A stretch of 54,637 bases of DNA from Verrucomicrobiia bacterium (GTDB lineage Bacteria > Verrucomicrobiota > Verrucomicrobiia > Verrucomicrobiales > DEV007). Position 1 is the first letter of the stretch. The number at the start of each line of letters is the position of its first letter. Under the pieces are notes generated by a model. That model saw only the letters and a program-made list of their open reading frames with translations. It did not search any database and was not told the DNA's origin. The position numbers were made by a program, and so were the translations under genes. Positions 28,721 to 37,321 of the stretch are shown piece by piece. The DNA lies in contig JAUIGT010000001.1 of the NCBI GenBank assembly GCA_030432615.1, forward strand, positions 1 through 54,637, written 5' to 3'.

Positions 28721-28834
28721 GGAAACGACGGACGGAAAAGCCCCATGGTTATATCACACGGAAGAATCGCAAGTCGATCCCCGCGGCATCCGGGAATTCA
28801 ACGAATCTCGGCCGGTCTCCCGAGAGTGCGGTCC

Positions 28835-30259
28835 TCAGCGAAGCGGCCGGGGAAAACGATGCCGCGGATCCACGAAGGTGCGCTCCTCGCGCTCTTCGGG
28901 AGTCTCCTCGGGCTCGGCGGCAGTCTCGCGCTTGCGCTGCTCCTCCCGGGAGCGGGACTCGTTGCGCTCACGGGGAACGGTCACGGGCGTGGCGACCGTC
29001 GGGGCCCTCGGGGTCGAGGATGCCGCTTCGACGGCGCTGTCTTCCCCTTCTTCCGTTGACGCTTCCTCAGCCGGATCAGCAGCTCCTCCCTCCTCGTCGC
29101 CGGGACCGGCTTCCATCGGGACCGCCAGGGGACGGGCGATGAGCGGCACGGCACGGAGCGGCGCCGGAGCGGGCGGAGTATCGGCTTCGCCGGGCGACTC
29201 CTCGGTCGGGGGAGATTCTTCGGACGACTGGTCCTGCTCCGGTTGCGGCTTCTTCTTTCTCTCCCCTGGCTTCGGTGGCTCTGTGCCTGTCTCGGCATCG
29301 CCTTCGGCAACATCGGCGGGAAACGCTCCCTCGGTAGGCGGAGACGAACCCGCGGGATCTTCCGCCACCGCCACCTGCGGAGTCGGAGGGCCTGGTTGGG
29401 TATTCTCATTGCCGAGTTCTTCCTCGGAAACTGCCACCGCCACCAGCGCCGAGGAGGCACCGGGATCGGAGCCGGGCAGCGCTTTTTCCTCCCGGGCGTC
29501 GGCATCGGGAGTATCGACCGGTTTCGCGGTCACCGGGGAAGGCGTATCCAGCGTGCTGTCGGCCTCCGGGGCGCCAACCGGTTCCCGGTTGCGCTCCTCT
29601 TCTTCGAGAACCCAGTCCGCGGCGACCGAACGCTCCCGCTCACGGGACGACTTCCCCGCGGGCTCGGCGGCCGCGGGCTTTCCGACCGGTTCCGCATCCG
29701 GAGCCTCGGCGACGGCACTCACGCTGGGGGGAGCCACGCCCTCGGTGTCCAGCTTCCGCTGGGTGGCATCGGCGATCTCCTTCGCCTTGGTGGTGACTTC
29801 GCCGATGGACTCGGCGTCCTTGCCGAGGAACCACAGCACCGGGATGGCGGCCACCAGCAGGAAGACAAGCACGCCCAGTATCGCCGGGGCAAATCCGGGA
29901 GATTCGCGGCGCACGGTGGCGGTGGCCGGGGACGCTTTTCGCTCCGGACCGCGGGGAGTCCGCGGCGCCTTGACCGACTCGATGGTCTCGATCGTGGCCA
30001 ACAGGGGCTGCCCACCGAGGCGGATGTCGTCGGAGCCGGCGAAGAAATGCAGCGCTTCGGCGGCATCGACTCCCAGGAAGCGGCTGTAGAGGGTCAGGAA
30101 GCTCTTGGCGTAGGTGGTGCTGGCGAAATTCGAGTAGTCGTCCGCCTCCAGAGCCCGCACATACTTGGCATGGATCCTCGTCTCGAAAGCGATGTCCTCG
30201 ATGGACATCCCCTTCGCTTCTCGTGCCGCGCGCAAGCGAGAGCCGATGGTTTCCGCCAT
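28835..30259 (-). CDS. RodZ-like HTH membrane protein with a long acidic, Pro/Glu/Ala-rich, low-complexity C-terminal region
   Basis: 474 aa. The N-terminal Xre-type HTH IGSRLRAAREAKGMSIEDIAFETRIHAKYVRALEADDY resembles RodZ. Single TM APAILGVLVFLLVAAIPVLWFL, then about 330 aa of low complexity. Confidence 0.6.
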   Translation of the reverse strand: MAETIGSRLRAAREAKGMSIEDIAFETRIHAKYVRALEADDYSNFASTTYAKSFLTLYSRFLGVDAAEALHFFAGSDDIRLGGQPLLATIETIESVKAPRTPRGPERKASPATATVRRESPGFAPAILGVLVFLLVAAIPVLWFLGKDAESIGEVTTKAKEIADATQRKLDTEGVAPPSVSAVAEAPDAEPVGKPAAAEPAGKSSRERERSVAADWVLEEEERNREPVGAPEADSTLDTPSPVTAKPVDTPDADAREEKALPGSDPGASSALVAVAVSEEELGNENTQPGPPTPQVAVAEDPAGSSPPTEGAFPADVAEGDAETGTEPPKPGERKKKPQPEQDQSSEESPPTEESPGEADTPPAPAPLRAVPLIARPLAVPMEAGPGDEEGGAADPAEEASTEEGEDSAVEAASSTPRAPTVATPVTVPRERNESRSREEQRKRETAAEPEETPEEREERTFVDPRHRFPRPLR

Positions 30260-30312
30260 GGTGGTGGTTATCCTGAGCCGTTTCGCGACAGCCTACCGGC
30301 CATCACCGCATC

Positions 30313-32949
30313 CTAGTCGTAGTCACCCTGGAGATCGATCAAAATCTCCCGCGGCTTCGCGCCATCGCCAGGACCAATGACGCCCCGCTGCTCGAGAATG
30401 TCGATCATGCGGGCTGCCCGGGTATATCCCAGCCTGAGTCGTCTTTGCAACAGGGAAGTGGAGGCTTTCCGCTCCTGGAGCACCACTTCGAGGCATTTCT
30501 CGAGCATGTCCTCGTCCGCGTCGGAAACCTCCTCGTCCTCGCCCTCTCCCCCGCCCTCGAGCGTCTCCTGGATTTCCGCCTCGAACTGCGGCTCGGCTTG
30601 GGCGGAACAGGCCTCCACCACCTGCTGGATTTCCTCGTCCATGATGAGGGCTCCCTGGGCACGGAGCAACTGGGAGCAGCCCGGAGGCAGGTAGAGCATG
30701 TCGCCCTTTCCGACGAGGCGATCGGCTCCGGGGGCGTCGAGAATGACGCGGCTGTCGATCTTCGAGGAAACCTGGAAGGCGATCCGGGAGGGGATGTTGG
30801 CCTTGATGATGCCGGTAACCACGTCGGCACGCGGCGTCTGGGTGGCGACGATGAGGTGAATCCCCGCCGCACGCGCCTTCTGAGCGATCCGGGCGATGGC
30901 GGTCTCCACATCGGCCGGCGCCGTCTGCATGAGGTCGGCGAACTCGTCGATGATGACCACGATGTAGGGGAGGTGATCGGGAAATTCCTCCTCGTCCCCC
31001 CCGTCTCCGGGCGTCATGCCGCGGCCGGGAGGCGGCAGGTCGCCGTCCAGCTTGATCTCCGCGCCGGCCGAGTCGGCGGGCACCACATCGATGCCGTCTC
31101 CATTGATGCGAACGGCGTGCGCGGCGAGGGCTTCCTCCGGCACCGGGGCCTCCTCCTCGTCCCTTCTGTCCTTGTTGCGCTTGTTGAAACTCTCGAAGTT
31201 GCGCGCGCCCAGCTTGGCGAACATGGCGTAGCGGCGCTCCATCTCGTTGACCACCCACCGCAACGCCAGGAGGACCTTCTTCGGATCGGTCACCACCGGG
31301 ATGACCATGTGGGGCAGGCTGTTGTAAAGCTGCATCTCCACGACCTTGGGATCGATCATGATGAAACGCAGTTCCTCCGGCGAGAAGCGATAGAGCAGAC
31401 TGGCGACGATGGAATTGATGCAGACCGATTTCCCGCTGCCGGTGGCCCCGGCGACGAGCAGGTGCGGCATGGAGGCCAGGTCGCCCACGATGACGTTGCC
31501 GTAGACGTCCTTGCCGAGCGCGAGCGGAATGCGGGCCTTCGACTTGCAGAAGGCGTCGTCCTCGAAGAGTTCCCGCAGGGTCACGACGATCTTGTCGGAG
31601 TTGGCGATCTCGATGCCCACCGTGTCCTTGCCGGGGATGGGCGCGAGGATGTTGATCCGCTCCGCCCGGGTGGCGCGGGCGAGGTCGGCCTCCAGCGAGG
31701 TGATGCGGCTGACGCGCAGTCCGGGCTTCGGATAGACCTCGTAGCGGGTGATGGTCGGCCCCTTGGTGATGTCGCCGGGACTGACCTCCACCCCGAAGGT
31801 GCCGAGGGTGTCCACGATCGTCTTCTGCATGTCCAGCAGGTGCCCGGTGTCGGTGGGCGCGGCGTCGGCGTTCTCGCCGTATTTCAACAGATCGAGACTC
31901 GGCAGCTCGTAGTTCTCGAAATCTCCCGAACTGAGCAGGGCCGAGGCGTTTTCCGCCTTCCCCTTCTTCTTCCGGTGCTTGCCGAAAAGCACCGACGGGT
32001 CGATGATCGCCTCGCCCTCGCCTTTCCGGCGCGGCTGGGACGCGTCGATGATCTTCGGTTCCGGGAGATTGGGCTCGAGCGGCAGCTCCATTTCCTCGAC
32101 CTGGGAAGGCACGTCGTTCCCGGGTTCCGCCGTCGGCTCCTTGGCTACCGTCTTCTTGCGGTTGGCGTTGCCCCGGGCGGCGGGAGCGCGACTGGCCGAC
32201 GCCCCCTTCGTGGCCATGGCGGCGGCCTCGACACCATCATCGCCGAACTTTCGCACCAGCTGCCGGCTGCGCTTGGCCAGCTCCTCGGCGATCTCGTGCC
32301 GGCGCTCGATCTGGTCCTGCATGCGGTCGCGGACCATGCGGGCAAACTGGAAGGGATGCAGCCCTGTGATGACGATGAGACTGACGGCGTAGGCGATGCC
32401 GGTGACGATCACGGCACCCACCGTGCCCACGCCCCGGCTCTCGAGAAAGGTGCTCAGGTAACCGAAGAATCCCCCGGCGCTCCGGGGCAGGTTGTAGCGC
32501 TCCGGCCAGTCCGCGAAGAAGAAGGTCTGGTATTCGATCAGGCTCGCCGCCGAGACCACCAGCACCGCCAGCGCCAGGTAGTTGCGCGTGTGAAAGGGGC
32601 GCGCCCCGGTCAGCACCTGCACCCCCCACCAGGCGAGGACGGCGGGAACCAGGTAGCAGGCGGCGCCGAAGATGAAGAACATCCAGCCGGCCACGATGGC
32701 TCCTGCGGGACCGATGAAATTGCTGATGATCTTGTCTTCCTCCGCCGAAACACTGAACGGCACCCAGCTGGGCAGGTCGCGGGGGGTGTAGGACACCAAC
32801 GCCAGGAACAGCATCAGGGCCACGCCGCCGAGACAGATCGCCAGTCCCTCATGAAACGGATACGGCCCGGTGGGAGCGTTCTGATCCCGGCTCGGCGTCT
32901 TCCGCCTGGTTCGAGTCTTGCTTCCCTTGCTGCTGCTTTTTGCGGCCAT
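30313..32949 (-). CDS. ftsK: DNA translocase FtsK/SpoIIIE
   Basis: N-terminal TM segments, Walker A LLVAGATGSGKSV, and a C-terminal gamma winged-helix (ASTSLLQRRLRLGYTRAARMIDILEQRGVIG). I prefer ATG 32949 (MAAKSSSKG); the track start is 33003. Confidence 0.9.
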   Translation of the reverse strand: MAAKSSSKGSKTRTRRKTPSRDQNAPTGPYPFHEGLAICLGGVALMLFLALVSYTPRDLPSWVPFSVSAEEDKIISNFIGPAGAIVAGWMFFIFGAACYLVPAVLAWWGVQVLTGARPFHTRNYLALAVLVVSAASLIEYQTFFFADWPERYNLPRSAGGFFGYLSTFLESRGVGTVGAVIVTGIAYAVSLIVITGLHPFQFARMVRDRMQDQIERRHEIAEELAKRSRQLVRKFGDDGVEAAAMATKGASASRAPAARGNANRKKTVAKEPTAEPGNDVPSQVEEMELPLEPNLPEPKIIDASQPRRKGEGEAIIDPSVLFGKHRKKKGKAENASALLSSGDFENYELPSLDLLKYGENADAAPTDTGHLLDMQKTIVDTLGTFGVEVSPGDITKGPTITRYEVYPKPGLRVSRITSLEADLARATRAERINILAPIPGKDTVGIEIANSDKIVVTLRELFEDDAFCKSKARIPLALGKDVYGNVIVGDLASMPHLLVAGATGSGKSVCINSIVASLLYRFSPEELRFIMIDPKVVEMQLYNSLPHMVIPVVTDPKKVLLALRWVVNEMERRYAMFAKLGARNFESFNKRNKDRRDEEEAPVPEEALAAHAVRINGDGIDVVPADSAGAEIKLDGDLPPPGRGMTPGDGGDEEEFPDHLPYIVVIIDEFADLMQTAPADVETAIARIAQKARAAGIHLIVATQTPRADVVTGIIKANIPSRIAFQVSSKIDSRVILDAPGADRLVGKGDMLYLPPGCSQLLRAQGALIMDEEIQQVVEACSAQAEPQFEAEIQETLEGGGEGEDEEVSDADEDMLEKCLEVVLQERKASTSLLQRRLRLGYTRAARMIDILEQRGVIGPGDGAKPREILIDLQGDYD

Positions 32950-33084
32950 ATCGCGATAAAAGTGATCCGGAGATCGAAGAAATCGGGTGGTAACCACCGT
33001 CAAAGAGCCGAGTTCCGGTCTTTGTGCCTTGGGGGCGATGGAGGCGGGTTAGAAAAATCGTAATTTTCTCGGAAAGAAAAAAAA

Positions 33085-33113
33085 ATGATAGTCTTCGTGA
33101 TGTTTTTGATCAA
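33085..33113 (-). promoter_or_regulatory. Candidate sigma70-type promoter for ftsK
   Basis: On the minus strand, TTGATC, a 17-nt spacer, then TATCAT, inside a ~95-nt AT-rich island (33049-33143, about 28% G+C by hand count). Motif match only. Confidence 0.35.
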
Positions 33114-33392
33114 CGAATATCTTGGAATTCTTGAGGTTTTATCGGCTTCCGGGTGCCGAACCGGCTTCCCGAACGCCTTCCTCCCGCCCTCTTGCCGGCC
33201 CGCCATCCTCCCATTCTGCTCCCTTCCGGTGTAATTCGTTCCTCCTCAGATGATCCCCCTTCCCCTGATTTACTCGATGACCCGCGGTTTCGGCGCCGCT
33301 CTTCTTTCGGCCACCGGCTTTTCTCCCGCAGCCGTTCCCTCGCGGTTTCGGCACGAAGTCTGCGCCCCGATTCAACCCTGTTGCCTCGCGCG

Positions 33393-34370
33393 ATGAACCC
33401 TGTTGAATCGTTCTCCCAGCCCCTCGTTTTTGCTCCGATCTACCAGACGCGCGTCTGGGGCGGGCGCTCGTTGGCCGCCACCTTCGGCCGCGAACTGCCC
33501 GATCCCGATCAACCCTACGGTGAATCGTGGGAAATCAGCGACCGTCCGGAAGCCCAAAGCAAGGTCATCGCCGGCCCGGCCTCGCTGACGGGGAAGACCT
33601 TGGGCGAACTCTGGCATCACGAGAATGCCTCCGTGCGCCACGCCCTTTTCGGACCGAATGCCAGCGGCGTCGGCCCCTTTCCCCTGCTCTGCAAGATCCT
33701 CGACGCCCGCGAGCGATTGTCGCTCCAGGTGCATCCGCCGGCCTCGGTGGCCGATGAACTCGGCGGCGAGCCGAAAACGGAGATGTGGGTGGTCGCCCAC
33801 GCCGAACCGAACGCGGAATTGATCGTCGGCGTCCGCGAGGGAGTGACCCGGGCCGCGTTCGAGGCCGCCCTGGCCGACGGGACCGCCGAGGACCTGGTCC
33901 ACAAGATCCCGGTGCAAACGGGCGACTTCCTCTTCATTCCCAGCGGCCGCCTGCACGCCATCGGCGGCGGACTGGTGATCTACGAGATCCAGCAGAACAG
34001 CGACACGACCTATCGCGTCTTCGACTGGAATCGGGTCGGTCTGGACGGCCACCCCCGGCAGCTTCACCTCGAGGAGTCGTTGAAATGCATCGACTTCGAC
34101 GATGTCGAACCCGAGCCCGACGAAGCGAACGGCAACCTGCTGGTGGACTGTGCGCATTTCCGGGTGGAACGACACCGCAACTCGGTCATCTGCCTTCCGG
34201 AAGCGAAAGCCGCCATCGTCACCGTGATCGAAGGCCCGGTCCGGGTCGGGGAAAGCGGACCGATTTTCCACGTGGGCGATTTTTTCCTCGTGCCCGCCGC
34301 CTGGGAAGGGGCCAAGCGGCTCGTCGCCGAGGGCGGCTCGGCCTGCCTGATGGTGACGACGTGGGACTGA
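33393..34370 (+). CDS. manA: Class I mannose-6-phosphate isomerase
   Basis: I prefer ATG 33393 (325 aa). QTRVWGG, YGESWEISD, LSLQVHP and the cupin motif SGRLHAIGGGLVIYEIQQNSDTTYRVFDW. Confidence 0.8.
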   Translation: MNPVESFSQPLVFAPIYQTRVWGGRSLAATFGRELPDPDQPYGESWEISDRPEAQSKVIAGPASLTGKTLGELWHHENASVRHALFGPNASGVGPFPLLCKILDARERLSLQVHPPASVADELGGEPKTEMWVVAHAEPNAELIVGVREGVTRAAFEAALADGTAEDLVHKIPVQTGDFLFIPSGRLHAIGGGLVIYEIQQNSDTTYRVFDWNRVGLDGHPRQLHLEESLKCIDFDDVEPEPDEANGNLLVDCAHFRVERHRNSVICLPEAKAAIVTVIEGPVRVGESGPIFHVGDFFLVPAAWEGAKRLVAEGGSACLMVTTWD

Positions 34371-34382
34371 TTCTCAGCCCTT

Positions 34383-35066
34383 TCACCCACGCGCTCCGAA
34401 GATGGCGGAGCCCACCCGGACGAGGGTGGCGCCTTCCTCGATGGCGATCTCGAAATCGCCGCTCATGCCCATGGACAGTTCCGGGAGGGCGGCCCCGGTC
34501 TCGTCGGCCAGGTGGTCGCGCAGTTCCCGCAAGGCGGCGAAGTGACGCCGGGTCGATTCCGGATTTTCCTCGATCGGCGGGATCGTCATGAGTCCGCGCA
34601 CGTCGAGATGCTCCAGCGCGCGCATTTCGGCCAGATCGGCCCGCACCACGTCGGGCGCGTAGCCGAACTTGGCGTCGTCGTCCCCGATATTCACCTGCAG
34701 CAGGATCTTCGGCCGGAGACCCAGTTCCCCGGCCACCCGGTCGATCTGCCGCGCGCGCTTGAGGCTGTCCACGGTCTCGATCCAGCCGAAGAGCGGCAGG
34801 GCCTTGCGGATCTTGTTGGACTGGAGGTGACCGATGAGGTGCCACTCCAGCGACTCCGGCAGCACCGGCACCTTGTCGATGCCCTCCTGGACCTTGTTCT
34901 CCCCGAACACCGTCTGCCCGGCCGACTCGAAGGCCTCCCGAACCGCCTCGGCGGGAAAGGTCTTGCTGACGGCCACGAGTCGCACCTCGTCCGGCTCTCG
35001 CCCGGCGCGATCGCAGGCGGCAGCGATGCGTTCGCGGATGACCTGGAGATTGGCGGCGATGGACAT
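34383..35066 (-). CDS. yggS: YggS family pyridoxal-phosphate homeostasis protein
   Basis: 227 aa. VRLVAVSKTFPAEAV (PLP lysine), FGENKVQE, WHLIGHLQSNK. Confidence 0.9.
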   Translation of the reverse strand: MSIAANLQVIRERIAAACDRAGREPDEVRLVAVSKTFPAEAVREAFESAGQTVFGENKVQEGIDKVPVLPESLEWHLIGHLQSNKIRKALPLFGWIETVDSLKRARQIDRVAGELGLRPKILLQVNIGDDDAKFGYAPDVVRADLAEMRALEHLDVRGLMTIPPIEENPESTRRHFAALRELRDHLADETGAALPELSMGMSGDFEIAIEEGATLVRVGSAIFGARG

Positions 35067-35154
35067 GGTCGGAGCGATGGAGAAATTCGTCGTCCCAACC
35101 TCTTCCGGATCGCCGCTTGTGCAACGGGCAAGCCGTCGTTAAGTGACCGACGCC

Positions 35155-35820
35155 ATGAAGAATTCCCGCTTTTTCAGCCTTCCTCTACTCGCGGCGGCCG
35201 CCCTGCTGGCAACGCCCGCTCTTCTCTCCGCCGCCGATGCCGAGTCGCTCTTCGACGGATCCGATCTCTCGGCCTGGACCGCGCAGAAAGAGGGCGCCTG
35301 GGTGGCCGAGGACGGCGAACTCCAGCCGGCGCCCGACAAGAAGAAGGCCGGCGGCTACCTGTGGACGAAGGAGAAATTCGAGGATTTCCGGCTGACGCTC
35401 GAATTCAAGATGTCGGAAAAGTGCAACAGCGGCGTCTTTTTCCGCACCGACCCGAAGAACCCCGTCCAGGGCGGGTTCGAGATCCAGGTCTTCGACTCCG
35501 CCGGCAAGGACGAGATCAATGCCCACGATTGTGGCGCGCTCTACGACGCCATGGTTCCCAGCGCCAACGCCGCCAAGCCGGCCGGCGAGTGGAACCAGAT
35601 GACCATCACCGCGAAAGGCCCCATGATCTCCGTCGTTCTCAACGGCCGGGAAGTCATCAACGTGAACATCGACGACTGGAAGACCGGGAACCAGAATCCC
35701 GACGGTTCGAAGAACAAGTTCAAGACCGCGCTCAAGGACCTGCCGCGCAACAATCACATCGGGCTCCAGTATCACGGCCACCCGGTCTGGTATCGGAACA
35801 TCCGGATCGAACGCCTCTGA
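35155..35820 (+). CDS. DUF1080 (3-keto-disaccharide hydrolase-like) secreted protein
   Basis: I prefer ATG 35155 (signal peptide MKNSRFFSLPLLAAAALLATPALLSA). LFDGSDLSAWT, NSGVFFRT and the C-terminal IGLQYHGHPVWYRNIRI. Confidence 0.8.
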   Translation: MKNSRFFSLPLLAAAALLATPALLSAADAESLFDGSDLSAWTAQKEGAWVAEDGELQPAPDKKKAGGYLWTKEKFEDFRLTLEFKMSEKCNSGVFFRTDPKNPVQGGFEIQVFDSAGKDEINAHDCGALYDAMVPSANAAKPAGEWNQMTITAKGPMISVVLNGREVINVNIDDWKTGNQNPDGSKNKFKTALKDLPRNNHIGLQYHGHPVWYRNIRIERL

Positions 35821-35854
35821 GTTTCGAACCTTTTTCGGGCACGCGAACCGCACC

Positions 35855-36508
35855 ATGATCAAGGGCGTCATCTTCGACCTCGACGGAACCCTCCTCGACA
35901 CCCTCGGCGACATCGCCGCGGCCGGGAACGCCGTCCTGCGCAAGCGCGGGCTGCCGGAGCACGAGGTCGAGGCTTACTGCCGCTTCATCGGGGACGGCAT
36001 GCGGAACCTGGCGCGGCGCATTTTTCCGCCGGACCAGGCACCGGTGGACGGACCGGAACTGGATCGCGCGACCGCCGAATACAAGGCCGAGTACGCCCGC
36101 CACTGGCGCGGAAGCACCCGGCCCTACGACGGCATTCCCGAACTGCTCGACGCCCTCGTGGGTCGAGGCGTCAAACTCGGCGTGGTTTCCAACAAGGCCC
36201 ACGAGTTCACCGGCGAATGCGTGGCGGAATTCGTGGGCGACTGGACCTGGGATGCCGTCCTCGGGCAGCGCGAGGGCATTCCCCACAAACCCGACCCCGC
36301 CGGCGCCTTGGAGGCGGCGGAGATCTTCGGACTCTCTCCGGCCGAATGCGCCTTCGTGGGGGACTCCGGCGTCGATATGCAGACCGGCTCCCGCGCCGGG
36401 ATGAAAGCGGTGGGTGTGCTCTGGGGATTCCGCGGGGCGGAGGAACTGCGGGAAAACGGAGCCGATGCCCTCATCGAGCGGCCGATGGACCTGCTGGCGC
36501 AGCTCTGA
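35855..36508 (+). CDS. HAD-IA hydrolase (phosphoglycolate phosphatase-like)
   Basis: 217 aa. DLDGTLLDT motif I, VVSNK motif II, GDSGVDM motif IV. Confidence 0.8.
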   Translation: MIKGVIFDLDGTLLDTLGDIAAAGNAVLRKRGLPEHEVEAYCRFIGDGMRNLARRIFPPDQAPVDGPELDRATAEYKAEYARHWRGSTRPYDGIPELLDALVGRGVKLGVVSNKAHEFTGECVAEFVGDWTWDAVLGQREGIPHKPDPAGALEAAEIFGLSPAECAFVGDSGVDMQTGSRAGMKAVGVLWGFRGAEELRENGADALIERPMDLLAQL

Positions 36509-36525
36509 CCGGGTTGCGCTGGACC

Positions 36526-37161
36526 TCAGGCCCGCACGAAGGGATTCTCGATCCGCTCCCGACCGATGGTGGTGGCGGGTCCGTGCCCCGGATAGACCAC
36601 GGTGTCGCTGGGCAACGGGTAGAGCTTTTTCCGGATCCCGTCGAGCAACTGGGCGTGATTCCCGTGCGGGAAATCGGTCCGGCCGATGCCTCCCTGAAAG
36701 AGGACATCGCCACCGAAGAGCACGGAAGGCGCCTCGGCGGAATCTTCGTTCCGGGGAGCGTAACAGAGGCTGTCCGGCGAGTGACCGGGCACGTGATACA
36801 GGTCGAATACGAGGCCCGCGTGCTCGATCTCGGATTCCCCCGCCAACGTGCGATCGACCTCGAAGGGCACCACCTCGAAGGGCCAACCGATCGCCTCCTT
36901 GAGCACCGTTTCCAGGGTGAGGTCGGCATCGGGCGGTGAATGGGACCACACCGGACAACCGAAACGTTCCTTGATCGCCGCGACGTCGATGATGTGGTCG
37001 TAATGCAGGTGGGTGAGCAGCAGCAGCCCGGGTTTCAGCCCTCGCGCCTCCACCCAGTCGGCGATGCCCTCGGGCGCATCCACCAGCCAGCAGTGGTCCC
37101 CCTCGGCGAGCAGGTATCCGTTCGTCTGAAAGTATCCTCCGGTGAAACAATCGATCTTCAT
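36526..37161 (-). CDS. MBL-fold metallo-hydrolase (glyoxalase II-like)
   Basis: I prefer ATG 37161 (211 aa, MKIDCFTGGYFQTNGYLL). LLLTHLHYDHI metal-binding motif. Confidence 0.8.
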   Translation of the reverse strand: MKIDCFTGGYFQTNGYLLAEGDHCWLVDAPEGIADWVEARGLKPGLLLLTHLHYDHIIDVAAIKERFGCPVWSHSPPDADLTLETVLKEAIGWPFEVVPFEVDRTLAGESEIEHAGLVFDLYHVPGHSPDSLCYAPRNEDSAEAPSVLFGGDVLFQGGIGRTDFPHGNHAQLLDGIRKKLYPLPSDTVVYPGHGPATTIGRERIENPFVRA

Positions 37162-37321
37162 GGCGCGCTTTCTGCATTCCTGCCAGCAAGCCCGTGCTTG
37201 CGCCACAATTAACTTTTACCGGCATCGGGGAACGTGTTACTTTCCCCACCGCCCGGGTTTTCCCGTTCCCTTTCCTGCTTCGGAGATCCGGGTTCACGAA
37301 CAGACTCCTGCCCCGTCGCTC

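Noticed and set aside
33049-33143. dif (XerCD) site or replication-origin element in the AT-rich island next to ftsK
   Set aside because: I saw no match to the dif consensus and no DnaA-box clusters. The imperfect palindrome has the wrong spacing and sequence. A promoter region is the simpler explanation.
33139-33375. GGA-rich minus strand (78-aa track ORF) as a coding gene or a CsrB/RsmY-like CsrA-sponge sRNA
   Set aside because: The translation is low-complexity and unsupported. The tract lies upstream of the predicted ftsK promoter and has no terminator. I cannot establish that this organism has CsrA. It is kept only as a compositional observation in the polypyrimidine-tract finding.
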